This document shows positions 1-8,043 of a stretch of 64,000 nucleotides of DNA, piece after piece. A model generated the notes under the pieces. That model was not told the DNA's origin, did not search any database, and saw nothing but the letters and a program-made list of their open reading frames with translations. The stretch covers positions 15,012 through 79,011 of the forward strand of contig CAVTBU010000003.1 of the NCBI GenBank assembly GCA_963733035.1. The letters run 5' to 3'. A program made the translations under genes and the position numbers. This stretch comes from Pirellulales bacterium (lineage in GTDB: Bacteria > Planctomycetota > Planctomycetia > Pirellulales > PALSA-1355). How positions within the stretch are numbered: the stretch's first letter is position 1; each line of letters begins with the position of its first letter.

Positions 1-1
1 A

Positions 2-211
2 ATCATCATCGACTCCGTTATGGGGTTTTTGTTTCCGGAGGCAGCAGACTTACGTCGCACCTGCGTAAACGAGCTCTTCGAGAGGATCTTCGCGATCTCG
101 ATAGTGGGCTACAACCCGCCATCTTGGGAGAAAGACCGAGGCCATGTGGGGCCTTGCATTTGCTTGACCGCGCAACGGCCGGCGACAGCTTGGAATAACT
201 ACAGGGAATAA
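2..211 (+). CDS. possible C-terminal end of a CDS truncated by the window edge (unknown function)
   Basis: Frame is open from base 2 to TAA at 209-211; no recognisable motif. Confidence 0.25.
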   Translation: MIIDSVMGFLFPEAADLRRTCVNELFERIFAISIVGYNPPSWEKDRGHVGPCICLTAQRPATAWNNYRE

Positions 212-240
212 CTACAGGGGACGCAAACCTTTTCCCTGTT
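192..240. repeat. short tandem duplication plus REP-like hairpin next to the RAYT remnant
   Basis: GGAATAACTACAG occurs twice in tandem (192-217). ACAGGG(AA) can pair with TTCCCTGT (232-239). The motif AGGGGACGCAA at 216-226 recurs at 1071-1081. Confidence 0.5.
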
Positions 241-282
241 TCATCGCCGGCGGATGAGTTGGCGGTTCGCTGCGCGTGATGT

Positions 283-489
283 CTCGCCCGCTTCTGTGCG
301 GATGTGCAAGTGTCGGACTTGTTCCGCTGGCTCTTGATCACGCAAGCCCAGCGCTGGCACGCCGACCACGGCACGGCTTGCATGGGGCAGGTCTACCAGG
401 GCCGCTTCAAGTCGTTTCCCGTGTCTAGCGATGAGCACGTGCTGAGGGTGCTCCGCTACGTCGAACGGAATCCACTGCGCCCGGCGTGA
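283..489 (+). mobile_element. degenerate REP-associated tyrosine transposase (RAYT / Y1, IS200-like) fragment
   Basis: The translation 'DLFRWLLITQAQRWH..GQVYQGRFKSFPV..DEHVLRVLRYVERNPLR' matches the RAYT core with the catalytic Tyr (RYxxxNP). The N-terminal HUH motif is missing and there is a premature TGA. Confidence 0.8.
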
Positions 490-695
490 GGCAGCGGCGG
501 GTGTTAAGTTAATTCAGCAGAATGCTGAATCACCGAACGTGTTGTCGGTCCGAATGCTGCCAAGGGTGTGAACCGGCATGGAGCCACCTGCATCTCGCCG
601 CACAATGGCGCGAATTCATTGCCCTTTTTCGAAGCGCTGTCAGTGCAATGACTTGAGTAAATTGAGTTGGTATTGGGTTCATTCCCGCCACTTGT

Positions 696-711
696 TGGCA
701 CGCAAAATGCT
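696..711 (+). promoter_or_regulatory. sigma54 (-24/-12) promoter upstream of the DUF1328 gene
   Basis: TGGCACGCAAAATGCT has exact GG-N10-GC spacing and lies 57 bp upstream of the ATG at 769. Confidence 0.7.
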
Positions 712-768
712 TCCCAGAGCACAAAGATACTGAAGAACTTCCTTGTCTTTTTGCAAAGGGGACCACTC

Positions 769-936
769 ATGCTTTCCTGGGCGCTTACATTTCTGATTAT
801 CGCCTTGATTGCCGGTGCGCTTGGCCTGTGGGGCCTTCAAGGAATTGCCATGCAGGTTGCATGGATACTGTTCGTCGTCTTCCTGGTGCTGTTTGTCGTC
901 TCCTTGCTGACCGGTCGCCGCACGCCTATGGCTTAA
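769..936 (+). CDS. DUF1328 / UPF0391 (YtjA-like) small membrane protein
   Basis: [41 protein letters not shown]; 55 aa, 2 TM; preceded by an AAGGGG RBS. Confidence 0.92.
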   Translation: MLSWALTFLIIALIAGALGLWGLQGIAMQVAWILFVVFLVLFVVSLLTGRRTPMA

Positions 937-1192
937 GAAGGGTCGTCGACGGCTGGGCTCCGCAACGGAACTACATCGTTCAGGCCAAAGGACGCACTGC
1001 TCCTGATTGGAATGACGGTTGTGCCGTGCGCTGTTCCGGCGAAGGAACTCGACTAGCGAGGAGGAGGTAAAGGGGACGCAAGGCTCAGTAGAGAATTCCC
1101 ACGCGTACGAGGATCATGACGTGGTGTGTTCGCGCCATCAAACGGAGATCTCGGTCGCTCGGGGCGGTTTGTCCGCCGCGGGTCGGCACGCT

Positions 1193-1732
1193 CTAGCGGA
1201 ACCGATAGACGGTGCCAAAGCCATGCACGTCTTGCTCGTTTCCGGGGCCTAAGTCTCGCGCAACTTCGAGATACTCCTGGCGGTGGTCTTTCCACCAGGT
1301 CTTTACGTCCGCCGGCGTGATCGGGATTCCGTGTTGATGCTCGGCGTCAATCACAAACACCCATCCACCGACTTGTTCGGCTGGCTCGGAAATGGAGGAG
1401 TTCGTGGTTCTTGAACTGCGTTTGTGAGTCCACACCGCCCCAATCGTGTTGGACGCTTCAATGGTGTCGAGCTGCTGACCGTTCCGATCGAAAATCAACA
1501 ACGATGCATAAGCCCGCCCGGTCCCTTTCCGACTGTCATATTCCGTGAATAAATGGAGATTGAAATGAAGAACGGGACCATCGTCCGTGTCGTGTTCTTC
1601 GACGGTCAGTATTGCGTCAGCCGAGGTGTTTTCATGCTTTTCGGCCAGCTTATCGGTGACCAGTGGTTCGGTTGCGTTAACGACACTGCCCACGGCGAGC
1701 AACAGGCATAGGCTCGGAATCGCTTTGAACAT
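1193..1732 (-). CDS. hypothetical secreted protein
   Basis: Signal peptide MFKAIPSLCLLLAVGSVVNA; GGAGG RBS upstream; 179 aa. Confidence 0.7.
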   Translation of the reverse strand: MFKAIPSLCLLLAVGSVVNATEPLVTDKLAEKHENTSADAILTVEEHDTDDGPVLHFNLHLFTEYDSRKGTGRAYASLLIFDRNGQQLDTIEASNTIGAVWTHKRSSRTTNSSISEPAEQVGGWVFVIDAEHQHGIPITPADVKTWWKDHRQEYLEVARDLGPGNEQDVHGFGTVYRFR

Positions 1733-2001
1733 AACCGCCTCCCTGCAAGATCGATCAATCGGACCGAGACAACTCTGCAAAATTCTATCAGGGGAACGAG
1801 TTATTTGACCATGCGTCAATCGGGCCGCTAGCAGTTTCGCCAAGAGACTGGTAGAACCAAGCGTCAGGGTTCGAACTGCTGGCACACAGCCTGAGCGGCG
1901 CTTGACTTCGATCAAGCCTTCCTGCGAAAAAGCAGAGTGGATTCGCGCCTTGTGCGTTGTTGCAGTTCTCATCTAATCAGGGCATCGATCGAGGGAGTGC
2001 C

Positions 2002-2358
2002 ATGTCGAAATCCGCCGCAGAGTATTACGAGCACAATGCCGCAACGATGAAACCCGTGCGAGAGTCGATGCCGGATTTGATGAAGGGGTTCAGTGGTCTC
2101 CATCAGGCGGCGATGAAGGCCGGCTCGCTGGATACCCGCCAGAAAGAATTGATTGCCCTCGGCATCGGGTTGGCGCTGACCTGTGAGAATTGCATTTACG
2201 CTCACGTCCGCGCGGCAATCAAAGCTGGGGCAACACGAGAGCAGATCTTGGAGACCGGGGCTGTCGCCGTGATGATGGCCGGTGGTCCCGCCTACACCTA
2301 TTTGCCACGTTTGAACGAAGCGTTGGACGCACTTGCCGCTCGTGGTGAACTGACATGA
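2002..2358 (+). CDS. carboxymuconolactone decarboxylase / AhpD-like protein
   Basis: 'GSLDTRQKELIALGI..CENCIYAH..A..AGATREQILE' with CxxC; GAGGGAG RBS. Confidence 0.9.
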   Translation: MSKSAAEYYEHNAATMKPVRESMPDLMKGFSGLHQAAMKAGSLDTRQKELIALGIGLALTCENCIYAHVRAAIKAGATREQILETGAVAVMMAGGPAYTYLPRLNEALDALAARGELT

Positions 2359-2371
2359 CAAGGGAGAACAG

Positions 2372-2755
2372 ATGCTCTACGAGAAGGAAGCCAAAGGCAC
2401 GGTTGATGAGGTGACAGCGAGAGTCCAAGAGGCGGCCGTCGCCAACCAATTCGGCGTCTTGGGCATCCACAACCTCAAGGAGAAAATGAAGGCCAAGGGG
2501 ATCGACTTTGGGCCGGAATGCCGCATTCTGGAGGTTTGCAATCCGGGACAGGCCAAAACCGTTCTCGAAGCCGACATGTCGATCTCCAACGCCCTCCCGT
2601 GTCGCATCTCGGTCTACGAACAGAGTGGGAAGATCAAGGTGTCGATGTTGAAACCGACGCAGCTTTTGGGGATGTTCAATCGCCCCGAGCTCCAACCGGT
2701 GGCGAATGAGGTCGAGAGCGCGATGATCCGCATTATCGATGCGGCCTGCGAATAG
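2372..2755 (+). CDS. DUF302 domain-containing protein
   Basis: 'FGVLGIHN..ILEVCNP..LPCRISVYE..KP' signature. Confidence 0.88.
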   Translation: MLYEKEAKGTVDEVTARVQEAAVANQFGVLGIHNLKEKMKAKGIDFGPECRILEVCNPGQAKTVLEADMSISNALPCRISVYEQSGKIKVSMLKPTQLLGMFNRPELQPVANEVESAMIRIIDAACE

Positions 2756-2764
2756 CCGCACCGC

Positions 2765-3202
2765 TTACACGCCGATGTCTTCGTTCCAGCCAGTTGGATT
2801 GGCGACGATGTAATCCCGCATCAGCTCGATGCAGGTGGGGTCGTTGAGGATTTCGAGCGATACTCCGCGGCTTTGCACGTAGGCTTCGGGGCCGGTGAAG
2901 TTGCGGTTTTCGCCGACGACGATCTTGGGAATTTTATAGAGCAGGGCCGCGCCGCTGCACATGTCGCAGGGGGAGAGAGTCGAGTACAACGTCGCGCGAC
3001 GATAGTCGGCGGCGGTCAAGCGGCCGGCGTTTTCGAGGCAGTCCATTTCGGCGTGCAGGATCGCGCTACCCCGCTGCATCCGCTGATTGTGGCCCCGGCC
3101 GACAATTTGGCCGTCGATGACGAGCACCGAGCCGATTGGGATGCCTCCTTGGACAAGTCCTTGCTTTGCTTCCTCAATGGCCGCTTGCATGAATGGGTCC
3201 AC
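2765..3202 (-). CDS. cytosine deaminase (Fcy1-like nucleoside deaminase, Zn-dependent)
   Basis: GGIPIGS, HAE and PCDMC motifs, C-terminal WNEDIG; GTG start with AAGGAG RBS. Confidence 0.9.
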   Translation of the reverse strand: MDPFMQAAIEEAKQGLVQGGIPIGSVLVIDGQIVGRGHNQRMQRGSAILHAEMDCLENAGRLTAADYRRATLYSTLSPCDMCSGAALLYKIPKIVVGENRNFTGPEAYVQSRGVSLEILNDPTCIELMRDYIVANPTGWNEDIGV

Positions 3203-3481
3203 GTTTGCGTCTCCTTGTTCGTGGCTGCGTGGCGGTTTGCTTCAGCTATAGCATCTTAACCGTTGAAGTCACCGGGAGCCCATGCAACTTTTGGGTCTGC
3301 CGCCCACGATGGCGGATGGTCGGCGCCGCGAATGTCGCGGAAAACTCCCGGGATTTTCGTGGTTCCATCCTGCTTGTTGGACTCTCCCAGACGGTTCAAT
3401 TACAGTTGACCCGGGCCGACGTTCACCCACTTGGTGGACGTTGGTGCATCTCTACGGGGCAATTCGGAACGAGAGGGTGTC

Positions 3482-5815
3482 ATGTTTTTCACACGATCAC
3501 TTGTGGGCGGTCGCGCTGCGCGCCGCGGGAACGTTCGTAGGCACAAACTTTTGGAGAAGCATTCGCCGGCCCGCTTCGAGCCGCTTGAGTGCCGCACGCT
3601 GCTGGCAGTTGATGTGACGCCGAGCTTCGAGGTGACCGAGGATTGGACCAGCGGCTTTCAGGGCGACATCCGACTCGAGAGCCATCAGGCCGCGGCCATC
3701 ACTCCCTGGCGACTCGAGTTCGACTGGGCGGCCAACATCAGTTCGATTTGGGATGCGCAGATCGAAAGTCACGTCGGCCAACATTACACGATTGTCGGCG
3801 CGTCGTGGGACAATTCGCTGGCTGGCAATGGCGCGGTGCAGTTTGGTTTTGTGGCGAGTCCCGGCGGTTCGCCGGCCGCCCCGACCAATTACGTGCTCAA
3901 CGGATCGGCGCTCGGTGACACGACGCCGGCGCTGCCGACGATTTCGATTGGCGATGTCAGTTTGAGTGAAGGTAGCTCGGGAACCCACAACGCGACGTTT
4001 ACCGTCAGCATGTCGCAATTGTCGGACGTGCCCGTGACGGTGGCCTGGCAGACCAGCGACGGAACGGCGCAGGCTGGCAGCGATTATCAGTCAGCCAGCG
4101 GCACGGTTCAGTTTTCCGTTGGCCAAACCGTCAAGATCGTGAACGTGCCGGTCTATGGCGACGGCGACGTCGAGCCGGACGAAACCTTTTTCGTCGATCT
4201 TTCGCAACCGGTCGGTGCGACTCTGACGCAGGCGCGTGGCACCGGCACGATCAAGAATGACGACGTTTCGTCGGTGCCGGGAGACACGGAGTTTCAAGTG
4301 CTCACCGATTGGGGGTCGGGCTTTACGGGTCTGGTGACGGTGCGGAACACAGGGACCGCGGCCGTGGACGATTGGCGCGTGGAGTTTGACATGGCCGGCA
4401 CGATCAGCTCGATCTGGAACGGCACGATCGAAAGCCATACCGGTTCGCACTACGTGGTGAAGGCGGCCAGCTACAACCAGGCAATTCCGGCCGGAGGCAC
4501 CGCGTCGTTCGGTTTTCTGGCCAGTCCCGGCGGCGGCAGCGCAGCGCCCACCAATATGGTGCTGTACGTGAATGGGCAGTCGCCGGTGAATCGCGCGCCG
4601 GTGGCCGCCGCCGACGCGGCGTTTACAACCGTGGATCAAAACGTGCTGGTGGACGTGCTGGCCAACGATAGCGATCCGGATGGCGACGTCATTTCGCTCA
4701 TCGCCGCACAAGGGGCGGCACACGGCACGGTCGTGCTTCAGGGGAACGAAGTTCTTTACACGCCGTCCGCCGGCTACACCGGCAGCGATTCGTTCAGCTA
4801 CCAGATTCGCGATGCGCAAGGAGCGGCGGCCACGGGCACGGTCAGCGTCACCGTGTCGGACGTCGTGGCGAGCACCGGTCAAATGTTCGCGCCGTACGTC
4901 GATATGACGCTGTGGCCGACGTACGACCTGGTGTCCGCGGCGCGCGACCATAATATCCAATTCTTCACGCTCGCGTTTATTACGGCCGATTCGCAAAACC
5001 AACCGGCTTGGGGCGGCTATGACGCGTACGCGCTAGGCAGCGACTTCGATGCCAATATGAAAGCGCAAATCGACGGAGTACGTGCCTTGGGCGGCGATGT
5101 CATCGTGTCGTTTGGCGGCGCGGCGAACCAGGAAATTGCGGAAGTGATTACCGATCCGGTCGCGCTGCAGGCGGCCTACCAGTCGATCATTGATGCCTAT
5201 GGAATCACGCACATCGACTTCGACATTGAGGGGGCCGCCGTCGCCGATCACGCGTCGATCGACCGCCGCAACGTCGCGATCGCCGGCTTGCAGCAGGCCG
5301 CCGCGGCCGCCGGACGCACGCTCGACGTTTCCTACACGTTGCCGGTCCTTCCCACCGGTCTGACTGCCGACGGGCTTTACGTGTTGCAGTCGGCGGTCGC
5401 GCGAGGCGTGAACATCGGCGTGGTGAACATCATGGCGATGGACTACGGCGACGGGGCCGCGCCCAATCCGCAAGGCCAGATGGGAGACTACGCCATCCAG
5501 GCCGCGACCAGCTTGTTCAGTCAGCTTCAGAGTGTTTACGGCACGGCGAAGACCGACCAGGAGCTGTGGAAGATGGTGGGCATCACGCCGATGATCGGCG
5601 TGAACGACATCACGACTGAGGTATTCGACCAGCAAGAGGCCGAGGAGGTGCTGGCGTTTGCCGAGCAGCACGACATCGGCCGCTTGAGCTTCTGGTCGCT
5701 CAACCGCGACCAGCAGAACGCCAATGGCCAGCTAAACTACGTCGACTTGAAGTCGAGCAGCATCCTGCAATCGCCGTTCGAGTTTTCCGAGATCTTTGGA
5801 ACGTTCGACGATTGA
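3482..5815 (+). CDS. secreted multidomain chitinase (CBM2 - Calx-beta - CBM2 - Ig/cadherin-like - GH18)
   Basis: Planctomycete export motif FEPLECRTLLA; two 'DWxSGF..W...IWN/D' CBM2 modules; Calx-beta 'DGTAQAGSDY..EPDETFFVDLS'; 'VLANDSDPDGD..YTP..GSDSFSY'; GH18 'FAPYVD', 'SFGG', catalytic 'DFDIE', 'MAMDYG'. Confidence 0.92.
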   Translation: MFFTRSLVGGRAARRGNVRRHKLLEKHSPARFEPLECRTLLAVDVTPSFEVTEDWTSGFQGDIRLESHQAAAITPWRLEFDWAANISSIWDAQIESHVGQHYTIVGASWDNSLAGNGAVQFGFVASPGGSPAAPTNYVLNGSALGDTTPALPTISIGDVSLSEGSSGTHNATFTVSMSQLSDVPVTVAWQTSDGTAQAGSDYQSASGTVQFSVGQTVKIVNVPVYGDGDVEPDETFFVDLSQPVGATLTQARGTGTIKNDDVSSVPGDTEFQVLTDWGSGFTGLVTVRNTGTAAVDDWRVEFDMAGTISSIWNGTIESHTGSHYVVKAASYNQAIPAGGTASFGFLASPGGGSAAPTNMVLYVNGQSPVNRAPVAAADAAFTTVDQNVLVDVLANDSDPDGDVISLIAAQGAAHGTVVLQGNEVLYTPSAGYTGSDSFSYQIRDAQGAAATGTVSVTVSDVVASTGQMFAPYVDMTLWPTYDLVSAARDHNIQFFTLAFITADSQNQPAWGGYDAYALGSDFDANMKAQIDGVRALGGDVIVSFGGAANQEIAEVITDPVALQAAYQSIIDAYGITHIDFDIEGAAVADHASIDRRNVAIAGLQQAAAAAGRTLDVSYTLPVLPTGLTADGLYVLQSAVARGVNIGVVNIMAMDYGDGAAPNPQGQMGDYAIQAATSLFSQLQSVYGTAKTDQELWKMVGITPMIGVNDITTEVFDQQEAEEVLAFAEQHDIGRLSFWSLNRDQQNANGQLNYVDLKSSSILQSPFEFSEIFGTFDD
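3615..4575 (+). repeat. internal duplication of the CBM2 module (about 3615-3905 and 4285-4575)
   Basis: Similar protein and DNA segments (ISSIW..IESH.G.HY..; GFxASPGG). Confidence 0.65.
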
Positions 5816-5883
5816 ACCGAGGCGTTTGCGTCGTAAGTAAGATCGGGGTCGGGAGTGATTGGCACTGCCGACCTCGATCGCAT

Positions 5884-6264
5884 TTAACGATTCGGCCAGG
5901 AGAACAGCCGCACCCGGTTGCCGTCGGGGTCGAGGGTGTTCACTTCGCGGAGGCCTTCCGGGTCGTTGGGGGGATGGTGCATCGGCGAACCGGCCTCGTC
6001 GAGTCGAGCCACCAGCCGCGGCACGTCCTCAACTTCGAAGGCCAGACTGATCCGACCGCTGGCCGGATGCTCGGCCGGACGCGAAAGCAGGGCGATCCGA
6101 GTATCGCCGGCTTCGAGCAGCGCGTAGCCATCGTCGACCACCCGCACTAACACCCGCAAACCGAGGACATGGCGGTACCAGTTGAGCAATTGGGGCCAGT
6201 TGGCAGTGCGCAGCTCGACACAGTACAGGCCCGGGCGGACGTCGCGGCGGAGGTCTCGATTCAT
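5884..6264 (-). CDS. VOC / glyoxalase family protein
   Basis: 'WYRHVLGL', 'LAFEVEDV', 'DPDGNRVRL'. Confidence 0.88.
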   Translation of the reverse strand: MNRDLRRDVRPGLYCVELRTANWPQLLNWYRHVLGLRVLVRVVDDGYALLEAGDTRIALLSRPAEHPASGRISLAFEVEDVPRLVARLDEAGSPMHHPPNDPEGLREVNTLDPDGNRVRLFSWPNR

Positions 6265-6354
6265 GGTGTTTCTCTGGCGCAAAAGCTTGTGCTGGGGCAA
6301 CTTGCATGGGGTCAACCGCGTCGGTCGCCGATGCCGCGTGGCGACCAGATGACA

Positions 6355-6382
6355 TTGACCACAACTCCAGTTGTTCTAGAAT
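6355..6382 (+). promoter_or_regulatory. putative sigma70 promoter for the lysS-lol operon
   Basis: TTGACC-N16-TAGAAT, 34 bp upstream of the ATG at 6417. Confidence 0.5.
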
Positions 6383-6416
6383 GTTGCGATTCTTTCGCCG
6401 ATTTGCAAGACGACCT

Positions 6417-7973
6417 ATGACCTCGATCGACCGAGCCAGCGCCCAGGCCTCTTCCACGATGACTGAATCCGCCAATGCTCCCGGCATGCACGAGGCTTCG
6501 CGCCGAGAGAAAATGCGCAAGATTCAGGAGCTGGGCATTGATCCGTGGGGCGCGCGGTTCGACGGCCACATGCCGATTGGCGAAATTCGCGCCCGCGAGT
6601 CTGAAATCAACGTCGAGCCGATTCCCGCAGGCTCCGAGCAGCGCCAGCCGGAGCAGCATGGCCCCAAAGTTCGGGCCGCCGGCCGGGTTGTTTTGCAGCG
6701 CAAGAAAGGGAAGCTCATCTTCCTCGACATCCGCGATTGGACCGGGCGGGTCCAACTCTTCGTCGGTCGCGGCCAGGTGGGGGAGGAGAATTGGGCCCTG
6801 GCCGAATGCCTCGATCTGGGCGATCTGGTTGGCGTCGATGGCGAACTGAAACGGACCAAAACCGGTGAGTTGACGATCTTCGTCGAGAAGCTGCATTTCC
6901 TCACCAAGAGCATCGAAACGCCGCCCGAGAAACATCATGGGCTGACCGACCCGGAGCTGCGGCAACGGATGCGGTACCTGGACCTGGCGTATACCGAGGG
7001 CGTACTGCCTCGATTCGTCAATCGCACGAAGATCGTGGCGTCGGTGCGGAGCACGCTGGCCGGTTGTGGGTATATCGAAGTCGAAGGGCCGACGCTGCAC
7101 GCGATTGCCGGCGGAGCCGCGGCTCGACCTTTCAAGACGCATCACAATACGCTCGACATGCCGCTGTTCATGCGAATTGCCTTGGAGTTGCACCTGAAGC
7201 GGCTGTTGGTGGGTGGCATGGAGCGGGTTTACGAGCTGGGTCGCGTCTACCGCAACGAGGGGATCAGCCCTCGGCACAATCCCGAGTTCACGATGCTCGA
7301 GGCCTATCAGGCCTACGGCGACTACCAGACGATGATGGACCTTACCGAGCGGATCATCGTCGAAGCGCTGGCGGCCACGGGGCAGGGGCAGCAGATTGCC
7401 TGGGGCGAGCGGACGATCGACTTCACGCCACCGTTTGCGCGCCACACGTACGACGAGCTGTTTGAAACGCACACGGGCGTCAACCCGGCCAATGCGGAGG
7501 CGGTGAAGAAGCTGGCCGAAGGGATGGGCTTTGAAACAGCCGGCAAGCATCCCGACGTGATCAAGAGCGAAGTGTTCGAGGAGCGGGTGGAAGACCAGCT
7601 GGCCGGTCCGGTGTTTGTGCTGGATTATCCGGCCAGCATTTGCCCGCTCACCAAACGGAAGGCCGACAACCCGGCCGTGGCCGAGCGGTTCGAGCTGTTC
7701 GTGCAGGGGATGGAAGTGGCCAATGCCTACACCGAGCTGAACGACCCCGACTTGCAGGAGCAACTTTTCCGCACGCAGCTCGAAGGCCAGAAGGACGAGG
7801 ATTCGATGGCCAAGATGGACCACGATTTCATTCGGGCACTGCGGCACGGCATGCCGCCGGCCGGTGGGTTAGGAATCGGCATCGATCGACTGGTGATGCT
7901 CCTGACGGGCAGCCAGAGCATTCGCGAAGTGATTTTGTTTCCGCTGTTGCGCACGGAAGAACCGAAGCAGTAG
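6417..7973 (+). CDS. lysS: lysine--tRNA ligase (class II)
   Basis: OB-fold, 'RQRMRYLDL', 'GGAAARPF', 'YRNEG..HNPEFT', 'GMPPAGGLGIGIDRL'. Start uncertain (6417 or 6459). Confidence 0.97.
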   Translation: MTSIDRASAQASSTMTESANAPGMHEASRREKMRKIQELGIDPWGARFDGHMPIGEIRARESEINVEPIPAGSEQRQPEQHGPKVRAAGRVVLQRKKGKLIFLDIRDWTGRVQLFVGRGQVGEENWALAECLDLGDLVGVDGELKRTKTGELTIFVEKLHFLTKSIETPPEKHHGLTDPELRQRMRYLDLAYTEGVLPRFVNRTKIVASVRSTLAGCGYIEVEGPTLHAIAGGAAARPFKTHHNTLDMPLFMRIALELHLKRLLVGGMERVYELGRVYRNEGISPRHNPEFTMLEAYQAYGDYQTMMDLTERIIVEALAATGQGQQIAWGERTIDFTPPFARHTYDELFETHTGVNPANAEAVKKLAEGMGFETAGKHPDVIKSEVFEERVEDQLAGPVFVLDYPASICPLTKRKADNPAVAERFELFVQGMEVANAYTELNDPDLQEQLFRTQLEGQKDEDSMAKMDHDFIRALRHGMPPAGGLGIGIDRLVMLLTGSQSIREVILFPLLRTEEPKQ

Positions 7974-8043
7974 GCGTCGGCTGAGTCGGGGGGCGGCCGA
8001 CCGCGTTGCTAGAGAAAAACGCCGCGTAGCCAAAGGACTGGCG

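Noticed and set aside
210-240. GGGACGCAAA resembling the core of a c-di-GMP-I riboswitch (also at 1071)
   Set aside because: The upstream GGCAAAC/GAAA P2 stem and the downstream P3 are missing.
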